The notes below the pieces were generated by a model that had not been told where the DNA came from, made no database searches, and saw only the letters and a list, made by a program, of their open reading frames with translations. A DNA stretch of 63,980 bases, the filler included, from Thraustochytrium aureum (taxonomy: Eukaryota), in the NCBI GenBank assembly GCA_012862495.1. It is 5 parts of 5 records of this genome, joined end to end, with 100 filler letters (N's around TTAATTAATTAA, not from the genome) between each part and the next. Parts side by side here need not be neighbours in the genome. Positions count along the whole stretch, not along the records: positions 1 to 24,684 come from BLSG01000072.1; 4 more parts are not named here. One strand, given 5' to 3'. Shown here piece by piece: positions 11,301-21,998 of this stretch (the stretch's first letter is position 1; the number at the start of each line of letters is the position of its first letter). The translations under genes and the position numbers were made by a program.

Positions 11301-14300
11301 CCGGTCGGCTTCGCCGAACCCGAGCCAACGAGCCTTGCAGCGTGCCGACTCGCCTGCGCTGAGCGTGGACGAGGCTGCGCGAAGGACGATTGCGAGGACT
11401 GCTCAAGACGGAGAGGCCAGTGAGAGTACAACTGTTCGTCGCCCGGCCGGCGCCGCTCCACCCGCGCCAGCCTCTGTTGCCTCGTCGGAAGTGACGATGA
11501 GGTCGATTGGGAGCGGAGTTGCATTGGGGGATGGGAGACGCAGCCCAGAGCCTGGCGCCTCGCTCGGCTCCCGGGGTTCACCGCTGGAGCGGGATCGGGC
11601 GATCAAATTGTCCGGTAGCCACAGGTTCTTCATCAAGGGTGCGAGCGGGCTGCTCGTCGAGTTTGATCGGAGGAGCTCCATCATCTCGGCGGCGACCCAG
11701 GTGACGCTCTCGTACGACCCGCAGGACCGTGAGGTGATCAAGGTCCTCGGCGAGGGCGGCGCAGACGCTTGGCAACCTGTCGTCGTGAGTGGCGACACTT
11801 GCTACATCCATTGGAACGTCAACCAGTCTGAAATCCTCAGCGCCGTGCAGCGCATGGAGGACCTGAACGTGGATATTGACGAGGTAGCGTGGGGCGTCGC
11901 GGTTCGCGTGCGCCCCTTGGAAGAGATTTCAAACGCCAACGAGATGCAAGTCCTCGAGAAGCCCTTTGGATGGCGCCTGATGCGCGTCATTGCGGACAAT
12001 CCAGAGCGCGTTCTCTCTCGCGGCCAAGGCGGCGTGCACTTTTTCGAGACTGCAGTCAAGTACCTTCGCAGCCCGCACCTTGCGTTCAAGTCTGAGTTGT
12101 GCGAGGTGGTCACCTTGCTTGCTAAAGCGCGGATGGAGGCTCGAATCAAGCGCGCTGAGGAGGCGAGTCGGGAAGAGGCCGTTGCGCCCTGCACTGGCGC
12201 CGCCGATGACGAAGCTGCTGCGGTCTGGGACAATGTGATGCGTTTCGGGCTCTACAAGTTGCATCATGATATGTTGCTCTTGTTCGACGAGGTGGCGGAG
12301 GACGGGTTCACCTCTGTTTCGCCGTACTTTGTGTGCCTGCTGGAGCTGCTTGTGCTCTGTCGAAAAATGTGGGCTTTGCAGCCGGGCGACAAGCAGTACC
12401 ACGGCCTCGCCGCGCCCAATCCGGGGTGCTCGCACGCGATTCGAGGCGGACTCAAGGCGCCGCTGTGCAGCCTGGTCGTATTTGGGCGTCGCGAGAACTC
12501 CAAGGTCGTAGTGGACTGCGAGACATGTCACCTCACGGGGGACGAGGCCGTTTGTGTCGCTTGTGCGGCGACTTGCCACGTGGGCCACCGCCTGAAGAAC
12601 GAGAGGACCACGACGCTTCCTTGTGGCTGCAGCATGCGCGGGCCGGAGTTCTGCCGCGCCTTGCTGCCGTTTGCGGACGTCTGGCGCATCGGCATCACCG
12701 ACAGGACGTGGTTTGACGTTGTGTGCCAGACTGCGGACGTGATCGACTGCATGAGCGGCCAACAGCGGCCCGTGCCGCAAGCGTTTATCCGTGAGTCGTT
12801 CAGGACTTGTGAGGACGGCAAGTTGCTCCGCCTGTGCCTTCGCAGCTTGGAAGAGTGCCTCCGCAGCGAGTCGCAAGACATGTGGTGGGACCGTGAAGCG
12901 AGGCACATGTGGGCCAACATGCTCGACCAAGGCATGGACTCTGTTGCGGAGGTTGCGTTCGGGCTCAAGGTCCTGGTCTCGTCGCTGCTGCCCAGCGCGT
13001 TTGTGTTTTGGTGGGAGGAGCGCAAGGCGGACTGGCTTGCGCGCGTGCACACCAACCAAGCCTGGGCCCTCGCCCAGGCCATGCTCCAGTTCAGCTACGC
13101 GTTGGCGCCGAGCGCTTGCTACCCCGAGTGGGACGCTCGGCTGCAGAACTGGACTGCGACGCTGACCGGAATCGCTGGTCTGGGCGGCGAAAAGAGCTGC
13201 ACGTACACCCTGACTGGCGAGTTTCCGAGGCCGCAAGTCTACTTGCGCTGCCTCGATTGCGGGCTGGAGATCTGCGAGGTCTGCTCTGCGCGACATGCAA
13301 GCCAAGGACACAAGCTCTCAGAAGAAACGTATGGACCGGGATTCTGCGACGAGCGCACAGAGCTTCCGGTGGAGATGCAAAAGCCGCGCTTTGAGGTGTT
13401 TTCCCAGCACGCGCTCGCCAACTTTAGCATGCTCCACGACTTGTACTGGATGAACCACGACTCGGAAGACGTTGCAGACGACCAAGTGCCCACAGAACCG
13501 CGAACGCTGGCAGCGCTCCTGAACGTGCCGCACAACGCGTTTGCGGCGCTCTCGCAAGACAATAGCGAGGGCGAGGAGACTGCTGCCGCGGCGGCTCCGC
13601 CCTCGCGGTTGGTGCCGTGTGTGGCTCCAGAGGACTCGAGCATGCTCTCGGCCTGTTTCCAAGGTATTCTCGTTGAGATCCTGGGGATCAAGGAGGACGT
13701 CGACGTGCTGTGCGTCTCGTGCAATGACGACCACGGCCTCTCGCTTGCGACGTGCGGGCTGCTTTCGATGGGCTGCAGGAGCTTTGGGTGCGCCACCGTC
13801 CACGGCCTCGTCGCGAACAAGACGGCGGCCAAGCGCGTCATGTACAACATGGACGTTTGCGGACAGACTTTGGGGTCCCGCTGGGGCCAGTCCAGGTCCA
13901 CTTTGGCGACTTGCTCGCCCACGCGAGAGCAGTGTCCGACTTTGGAAAGCGGAGCCGAAAGCGGTACACGGTGCACCCCGACGAACCTGTCCCGGTTCGC
14001 GCGATCCCAGGACTGCTGCAAAAGTACGACCGGATCGTCTGCAGCGGTATTTGCACGCTGGAACAACTTGACGCGCTCGCCGCGCTTCTCCCTTTGGACG
14101 GAGCTCTGCTTTGCCCAATGGTCGACTCGCTCGGCTACGGGATCTACGTTCAGCGAAACCAGTTTACGGGCGAGTGCGAGAACCGCACCCTCGCGCCGCT
14201 CTACGAGGACTCGCCAAAGTTTCTCGGCGAGATCAACGCCCTCCGGCCAATCCTGTCAACCAAGGCTCCGCCCAAGCTCGCAAGGAGGCCGCCCGCGCCT

Positions 14301-15672
14301 GGCCCGCAGCTTGGCCCAAGTGCGGCCCTGCCTCGGGTCGCAAGGCTTGAGGCAGCGTCCCCCACTGCGTCACCCACAGCGTCTCCCCCAGCTCTGTCCG
14401 AGGAGGCCGGTTTGCCAAACGGCGGCGGCCACGCAGCCTCAGATGGGCCGCAGGAGGCGCCGAGGGAAGCTGCCCCGGAAGAGGTAGCCCGGGCGCCAGG
14501 TGTGNNNNNNNNNNNNNNNNNNNNNNNNNNNNNNNNNNNNNNNNNNNNNNNNNNNNNNNNNNNNNNNNNNNNNNNNNNNNNNNNNNNNNNNNNNNNNNNN
14601 NNNNNNNNNNNNNNNNNNNNNNNNNNNNNNNNNNNNNNNNNNNNNNNNNNNNNNNNNNNNNNNNNNNNNNNNNNNNNNNNNNNNNNNNNNNNNNNNNNNN
14701 NNNNNNNNNNNNNNNNNNNNNNNNNNNNNNNNNNNNNNNNNNNNNNNNNNNNNNNNNNNNNNNNNNNNNNNNNNNNNNNNNNNNNNNNNNNNNNNNNNNN
14801 NNNNNNNNNNNNNNNNNNNNNNNNNNNNNNNNNNNNNNNNNNNNNNNNNNNNNNNNNNNNNNNNNNNNNNNNNNNNNNNNNNNNNNNNNNNNNNNNNNNN
14901 NNNNNNNNNNNNNNNNNNNNNNNNNNNNNNNNNNNNNNNNNNNNNNNNNNNNNNNNNNNNNNNNNNNNNNNNNNNNNNNNNNNNNNNNNNNNNNNNNNNN
15001 NNNNNNNNNNNNNNNNNNNNNNNNNNNNNNNNNNNNNNNNNNNNNNNNNNNNNNNNNNNNNNNNNNNNNNNNNNNNNNNNNNNNNNNNNNNNNNNNNNNN
15101 NNNNNNNNNNNNNNNNNNNNNNNNNNNNNNNNNNNNNNNNNNNNNNNNNNNNNNNNNNNNNNNNNNNGCAAGACGCAGATCGACGCAATGCAGCGCGGGA
15201 TCGCACCGCTAGTCCCGGCGCGGCTCCTGCCCATGTTCACCTGGAACGAGATCGAGAACCTGGTCTGCGGCGTTGCCGACGTGGACGTCGAGTTCCTGCA
15301 CTCGCGCACCAAGTACGTGGGTGGTGTCAAGATCACGGATGCGCACATTCGCTTCTTCTGGGACGTCCTCGCGAACGAGTTTAGCCCTGAGGACCGGACG
15401 CAATTCCTGCGCTTTGTGTGGGGCCGCGAGCGCCTCAGCACCGCGAGGAGGGCAACACCTTTGTGATTGGGCCGCACCTCCGCTCTCGCGACTCGGGCGA
15501 CCCGGACAAGTGGCTGCCCGTTGCGCACACTTGCTTCTTTTCGATTGACTTGCCAGCCTTCTCCTCGAAGGAGGTGCTGAAGGAGCGCCTTTTGTTCGCC
15601 ATTCGCAACTGCAGCGTCATCGACGCAGACCAGACGGCCGAGTCCTCGACCAACATGAACCTGTCAATGTGA
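2386..15672 (+). CDS. Giant HECT-type E3 ubiquitin ligase (~4,400 aa if one gene): N-terminal hydrophobic segment, ankyrin repeats, Zn ribbon, CUB-like domain, two UBR-type Zn fingers, PCMT-like domain, HECT. Interrupted by three gaps and frameshifts near 13870 and 15448
   Basis: Ankyrin motifs (DHGWTALTYAARAG, TGATPLMFAAFVG); UBR-like fingers at 12466-12654 and 13198-13350; HECT C-lobe FLRFVWG...LPVAHTCFFSIDLP with catalytic Cys. All segments are long ORFs on one strand; continuity across the 3866-4357 gap is inferred. Confidence 0.8.
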
Positions 15673-15898
15673 AGGCCGTTGCGAGTTGCTGCACAGCTTT
15701 AGCAGGGCGCGATAAGCGTCCCCCGCCCCCGGTTCTTTCCTGAGCCGAACCCCGCCTTTGCACGCGCGCATCGTGGTCAGGTCAGGTAGAGAGAGGGCTT
15801 CGCCGCCGAGACTTGCAGGCCAAACAAAAGGAAAAACTCATGTCACATCAGTCAAATCAACTCTGCTTTCCCTTCATGCGTTTCTGCAGGGTTTTACA

Positions 15899-17101
15899 CT
15901 ACTCGTTCGCTCGGCCCGCAGCATGGACACAGTGAAAGGTGGATCGCAGAATGCCCGCCAGCGCGTCCTCGTCCTCTTCGCGGCCAAGCCAGGACGCGGC
16001 GGACTCTGCCGCGCTCTTGACAATCTCGTCGTCTATCGCCACGCCCTGCTCCTCCGTGGAGTGCTGAACCTCGAAAGAATCGAACGCACCCCCAGAGGCG
16101 GCAACAACCTCGTGCAGTCGTTTGCGCTGCTTTTCTTGCAGAAAGGCAAGTGACGGCCTCAGAAGGGCGCTTGCAGTCTGCGGAAGCCTCAGTGGCACGC
16201 TGTCGCACAGGGCCAATGCGAGGGCGAGGTGAGCCGCCCGCGACGGCGCTGGCCCAAGGAGCCGCAGCCGGGGTCCAAGGGCGAGGCTCACCTCGCTCAG
16301 GACTTGGCTGCACTCTGCAAGCTCGCCCGCTGCAAGGTGCTCTTTGGCTCTGAAGATGGCTTGGAAGGCCATGCCGAGGCCGCGCGAAGCGTCCGGCGCT
16401 TCCAGGAACAAGGCGGTGCACTGTGACAGAGCAACGTCGGCCGCCATGTCCAGGTGGGTGCCATCCTTGTCATTCTCCCTCATCATCTTCTCATCAAAAC
16501 AAACAAAGTCGGCGCCTGGGCCGTCCGGCAGCACGAGCCGGCGCTCTTTGTCCCAGTCCATGACGCGGATCGATCCGCTGAGCTCCTCTCCGGCACAATG
16601 GCGCGTTGGAATGGCCGCGAATCGAATTCGAGACTTGTCCGCGGCTCGGAGCAAGTCGGGGTGCTTTGCCGCCTTGATCCGCTCCCCTTCAACTATCGTG
16701 CAAGAGCCGAGAAGCGCGTCTTTGCCGGAAAAAGCGAAGCGCGCTACCGCTTTGCCTGCGTTCATCGTCTCGCTTGCGCCGACTGCCACGACGAGGCTGC
16801 AGCCCGTTCGCTGTGCGTGGTCCATGCCCTTAAATACGGATTCGAGCCTTGGCTCCGCGCCTGTCGCCAGCGCTCTTGGCAACGTGAACGGCACAACCTG
16901 CCACCCGTCCATTTGCATGAGCGCGTGGGTCATCTCCGCGGCGTAGCTCCTTCCCACGCTGGCCCCTGCCTCCGATCCTTTGAACGCTTCACCAGGTCTC
17001 GCTTCCATGCTCACCAGCAGCGCGCGCTTCACGCCGCCGGCCGTCAGTCCCGCAAGAGCCCGCGCCGCATCTCGAATCGACCTGCCTACCGTCGCCGTCA
17101 T
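15899..17101 (-). CDS. Iron-containing alcohol dehydrogenase superfamily protein, degenerate (400 aa from ATG 17101)
   Basis: Colinear Fe-ADH landmarks: KRALLVS, CSLVVAVGASETMNAGKAVA (cf. IIAVGGGSxxDxAK), FAAIPTRHCAGEE (cf. IPTTxGTGSE), ADFVCFDEKM (cf. PxxAIxDP). Confidence 0.7.
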   Translation of the reverse strand: MTATVGRSIRDAARALAGLTAGGVKRALLVSMEARPGEAFKGSEAGASVGRSYAAEMTHALMQMDGWQVVPFTLPRALATGAEPRLESVFKGMDHAQRTGCSLVVAVGASETMNAGKAVARFAFSGKDALLGSCTIVEGERIKAAKHPDLLRAADKSRIRFAAIPTRHCAGEELSGSIRVMDWDKERRLVLPDGPGADFVCFDEKMMRENDKDGTHLDMAADVALSQCTALFLEAPDASRGLGMAFQAIFRAKEHLAAGELAECSQVLSEVSLALGPRLRLLGPAPSRAAHLALALALCDSVPLRLPQTASALLRPSLAFLQEKQRKRLHEVVAASGGAFDSFEVQHSTEEQGVAIDDEIVKSAAESAASWLGREEDEDALAGILRSTFHCVHAAGRANE

Positions 17102-18014
17102 CCCGTCCTCCGCGAGAGCTCCCCAGCCGTCCGCCAGGCAGGCGCTCTGTGGGCGAGCGTCGGCGAGGCCTGGTCGATCTGTCGCCTGCACAGCACCGGA
17201 TCCCAAATCAAACGCCCAAGCGTCTGAGGGCCAGCAACACGCGCCCAGGCAGCCAGAAAGCAAGCACGCAACCAGCCAGGCAACCAGCCACGCAGCCAGG
17301 CAGCCAGGCTCTACAGCGCCCGTTCGCGCGCGCGCCCAGTTGATCGAACGCTCGCTGGCGTTGCAGCTCTGCTGTCTCCGCCGAGACTCTGTCAAAATCA
17401 AGAGGTCCCTCGAAATNNNNNNNNNNNNNNNNNNNNNNNNNNNNNNNNNNNNNNNNNNNNNNNNNNNNNNNNNNNNNNNNNNNNNNNNNNNNNNNNNNNN
17501 NNNNNNNNNNNNNNNNNNNNNNNNNNNNNNNNNNNNNNNNNNNNNNNNNNNNNNNNNNNNNNNNNNNNNNNNNNNNNNNNNNNNNNNNNNNNNNNNNNNN
17601 NNNNNNNNNNNNNNNNNNNNNNNNNNNNNNNNNNNNNNNNNNNNNNNNNNNNNNNNNNNNNNNNNNNNNNNNNNNNNNNNNNNNNNNNNNNNNNNNNNNN
17701 NNNNNNNNNNNNNNNNNNNNNNNNNNNNNNNNNNNNNNNNNNNAAGGAGGCGCACGGCGCACTCGCTGGGGCGCGGGCGAGCAGTGCCGGCTTGGCAGGC
17801 AGGCTTCTCTGCCGCTTCCGCAAGCGACGAGGTGGACGGACGGACGGACGGACGGACGCCTGTGTTGCGCGCGGCCGCACGGCTGCTCGAGATACCGCCA
17901 GCGACGTCGGAGTTGGACAGGGGCGGGCGCGGCTGCACACGTGGCGCATGCGCGGATTTAAAGGCGAGCTTTTGCGGAAGCGAGGCGTGCATGTGCGGCG
18001 CCGCGACGGGGTGA

Positions 18015-21001
18015 ATGCCGTTTGCCAGACGGAGCGGCGTGTCCGGCGCGCCGCGCGGCTTTTGGGGCGAGGGGTCAGAGTACGGCGATGATGAATTCGA
18101 CGGCGGCGGTGGGGCCGAAGAGCGTGCACGGCACGGCCTCCACGGGCTGCCGCTCCTCGAGCGGCGCAAAATTCTAGCGAGGGCCTGCAATATCCACCGC
18201 GGGGAGCTTGTCAAGCAAGAGCAGGATGCGCGCGCGGCCGGGTACGCCAGCTCGGCGGCAATGAAGAGAGCGCTGGTCCATGAACAGCGCAGAGAGGAGT
18301 GGGCGCGGAAGAATGTGACGTGGAACAAAGGCCCGGGCTTTGGCTCCTAGGGCTACCTCGCTTACAAGCAGGACCAGGCCACCGTGCGGCAGGTTCTGCA
18401 GACATCCGCCATCGAGGACTCGATTCTCCCAGACAGCTTTATTGAGCGCGCAAGCAAAGCGAGCAAAGGCAGGCAGCGCCCGGCGCGCACCGGCGAGCGG
18501 CGCACGCCGGCAGAGTGGCTGGGCGAGCCCCTTGCTGCCCAACTACGACACGAAACCATTGCCGAAGTCCTCGCCGCAAATAGCGCTGAACCAAAAGCGC
18601 GCTCGCTTGCTCAACGCATCAGGCAACTGAAGCAAGAGGGTCAGGAGCGCGTGGCCATGCGCTGGGCCGAGTACGAATCCGTCCTCGCAGTCCTTGCAGC
18701 GCGCGGCGGCGCGGAGGAGGACGGCAAGGGCGAGCGCCTCGAGGAGTCGGCCGAGGCAAAGTTTTCTTTGCCGGGTGCTTGGAGGACATCAAGGCAGCTC
18801 GAGCGGTGTGTCAAAGGCGCGTCGAGGCGGCTCAACGCCGGCTTGACCAGGTCAACGACGGAAGCGCGAAACGCGCGCAGCGAAACGCCGAGACAGAGTG
18901 GGAGCGGCGGGTCGCATGCTGGGTGTACACGCAAGGCTGCCAGGACACAAACACCGCAGAGTGCCGCAGTCTTTTGGTTCAGCTCGGCCAGCCAGCTGTC
19001 AGCGTATGTGGTGTGACCCTTGGCGGGGAGCACCTGAGGGTTCTCGGCGATGCTCTGGAGCTGTGCTCAAACCTGGAGGCGATCGCCTTAGAGGAGGCAG
19101 GGGTTGGCGCCGACAGCGCGTGCGAAGTGGCGCGGCTGCTCGGGACAGTGCAAGTTCCTGTCTCGGAAAGTGAGGCGGCTTTGCGAGCGGGCTTTGACGC
19201 GGACGGCAAGCCTTCGCCAGTACTGCGGCCGCTCTTTGCGAACCTGACGCGCGTGTCGCTGCCGCGGAACAACATATGCACAGCCGTAGCAGCACGACTG
19301 TTTGAAGCCCTGGCCCAAAGCAGGGCGACAGGCGCGCCCCTGCGCTCTGTGGACCTGCGTCACAACCGCATTGGGGAAGCGAGCGCCTCTCGAGCAGACA
19401 CGCGCGCAGCGCGGGCCTTGCAGGCTTCGGCGACGAATGCGATTCTGGCGCTGGACCTGAGCTACAACCCGATCAGCGACAGGCTGGTTGACGCTCTGGG
19501 CGCCGCGATGCGCAAGACCAAGACGCTCGAGGCGCTCGCTCTGCGGTTTTGCTCCCTCAGTGCAACGTGCCGCGCCAGCCTGATTGCACGCCTTGCGGGG
19601 TGCCGATCGCTGGGGAGCCTGGACCTTGGCGTCACGACGCTCGACGACGATGACGCCCGAGCCGTGGGCGAGATCCTGAAGGGCAAGAACTGCGCCTTGC
19701 GCAGCCTCGACCTGAGCGGAAATGGTCGCATCACGGAAGCGGGGTGCACGTCAATCGCATCGGCCCTCCAGCTAAACACCTCGCTCGAAATCTTGCGCAT
19801 GAAGGACTGTGGGTTTGGCATCGAAGGCTGCCGCATTCTAATCGACGCCCTCGAGGGGGCCACGTCGCTCCAGGAGCTGGACTGTGACCACAAGAAGTGC
19901 CTCTACAACCCGCTGTGCCGGAACGGCACGCTTGAGAAGCTGGCGTACATGTCGATCTCGAGCGACGTCGAGCTGTCGGTCAGCACGGAAGCGCTCGTGT
20001 CTCGAGAAGAGATCGAATCTCGGATTTTGGCCTGTGGCGAGGCGTTCGGGGCTGCGCAAGTCCCGGAGCTCGTGCGCGACACGGCTGTCCCGAGTCGGTT
20101 TCAGAACGTCGAGTTCGGGGACCTCCAGCTCGGCATGCTGTGCCAAGTCCAGCCGTTCAAGCGAGAGGACGGCCCCTGGCTAAATGCGCGGGTGACGGAG
20201 CTGGTGCCTCGCATCAAAGAGGTCAAGGGATCGACGCACAAAGCCCGCGTAATTCTCGTCGACTTTGTGAATCAAATCGACGAGGACTATTTCGAGTACG
20301 CTCCGACGCAAGCGTGGCGCAACCCCACGTTCCCGCTACGGGAGGAGTATCCGCTCGTCGAGCTTGAGCGCGTTCGCGTTCCTATCCGAGACATTGCGGT
20401 CCTGAAGCTCGGTCTCGTCAGGCGCAGGCGGGATCCTGGCGCGCTCACAGGCACCGGCGTGGGCAGGGGCGATTCTTTCTATTCCGAGCCAATCCTCGAC
20501 CGCCTTGGGGTTGCGCGTCGCGTGTTCTTCCCAGCCGCGATTCTGCCGCACTGGCTCGGCCAGACGGACGCGGCCGGGTTTCTCAAAATGTGCGAGGTTC
20601 CACGTGCTGTCCTGCGGCAGAAGAGCTCATTCGCCGTTCACACAGTGGCCACCCAAAGTGGGAGCCGGCCGGGCCACCGACGGGGCCAAGTGGTGGAGCT
20701 CGCAGATGCCAAGTTGATCTGCACTTCATTTGCGAGCCACTACGCGGCTCAGAGTCCGATTGTGGTGAGCTGGCCCAGGCTCGCGCTGCAGCCGCGGCCT
20801 TGCATGAAAGAGAGCGGAACGGGAGCGCGGAGAACGCTGAGGCCAACAATTCTGAGCGCCAGCGATCGGGAGGCGCTTTCTCAGGGAGGCCATTCCGCCA
20901 AGCCAGTGCACTTTGTGTTTTACAAGTCGCAAGGCAGCGAGACGGCGTGCCTGCGCATGCTGAAAAAGCAGGCCGGGCGAGCGCAGCCTTCGCCATCATG
21001 A
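18015..21001 (+). CDS. RNI-like leucine-rich repeat protein (~990 aa) with coiled-coil N-terminus; errors near 18330-18350 and 18760
   Basis: Repeated LxxLDLxxNxI motifs (LTRVSLPRNNI, LRSVDLRHNRI, ILALDLSYNPI, LRSLDLSGNGRI); three consecutive same-strand ORFs join after correcting homopolymer indels. Confidence 0.8.
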
Positions 21002-21260
21002 AACCAGAGCGCGTATGATGTATAGATCGATCGATTTTTTTTGTTGGTGTAAATCAGCCTGCGGCGGGCCGGCCGTTGCGGTGGATGGCTGACACTCCGC
21101 GTGGGACGGCCGGCAATCCCGAGCTGGCTGGCCGCATTCGTGCCGCTGCAGTGTACTACAGCGCTGGGTCCAAAGTCCGCCAGTCTCTACCGCAGCGGCA
21201 CGAAGTTGAGGGCGGCTCTTGAAAGCTGAACAACTGTAGCGCGCGATGCCTGCGCGATTG

Positions 21261-21998
21261 CTAAAATTCTGGCGCGTCAGGGTCGTCCAACACGCTGTCA
21301 GGGAACGAGTCGCTACGGGCCCGCAAAGCATCTGGAGTTGAGCGAGCCGGCGAGGGCTGGGGGACGCCCATTTTCTCGACAGCCTTGGAAAAGTTGCCGG
21401 TCTCCGGGTCCTTGGCGGTGATCTCCTGGATCCCGAGGCCCTGAATCCGCTTCTCAAGCCGCATGGCCTTCTCCTCCTCTGACAGGGGCGGCTTCAACAT
21501 GCAGCGAACAAGGCAGGCGCCAGGCGATGACTACAAGACCACCCACAGACCCACCGACGATGAGGCCAACGGGAAGCCCGTCCGCGTCGATGACGCAGTC
21601 GTCGCAGGCGTCAATCTGGAACCCGGCGCACTCGGCGAACGGCGCGTTGCACTTTGTGACCACACATTCGCGGCACTTTTCGGACGGGTCGCTGAAAAGG
21701 CTCCCGACGCAGCTTCCCGCGCAGCGAACCGCGGTGCAGCGATCACGTTTTCGAAGCAGTATTGACACGGGTTCGAGTAGCCCCCAAACTCCCTGTCCAC
21801 GCACGCCTCGAGCTGGCCTTCAGCCCCGAGAGTGGTCTTGCCGCAGATCTCGAGTTTCGCCTCCGACGCGGCAAAGCCCTCCTCTTTCCAGTACGCCACG
21901 TCGCTGGACCCGGTGCAGTTCCCGGTAGCGGCCTCCCCATAGCCGAGAAGCACGGCCGCCACTGCGCCCACGCCGACAGCCTGCCCCACGCGCACCAT
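21261..21998 (-). CDS. Cys-rich single-pass (type I) membrane protein, ~245 aa, two frameshifts (near 21740 and 21520)
   Basis: Signal peptide MVRVGQAVGVGAVAAVLLGYGEA, Cys-rich ectodomain (CxxC pairs), TM GLIVGGSVGGLVVIA, charged cytoplasmic tail; three overlapping ORFs join. Confidence 0.7.

Noticed and set aside
6088..14487. Numerous long antisense and alternate-frame ORFs across the window
   Set aside because: Expected shadow ORFs in high-GC coding DNA, many inflated by N runs
18348..18350. In-frame TAG between two LRR-gene ORFs (readthrough or recoded stop?)
   Set aside because: Two compensating homopolymer errors (AAA for AA, GGG for GGGG) give a natural WNKARALAPRGYLAY. TAG also terminates PRORP, PPTC7, DNAAF5 and others, so the code is standard
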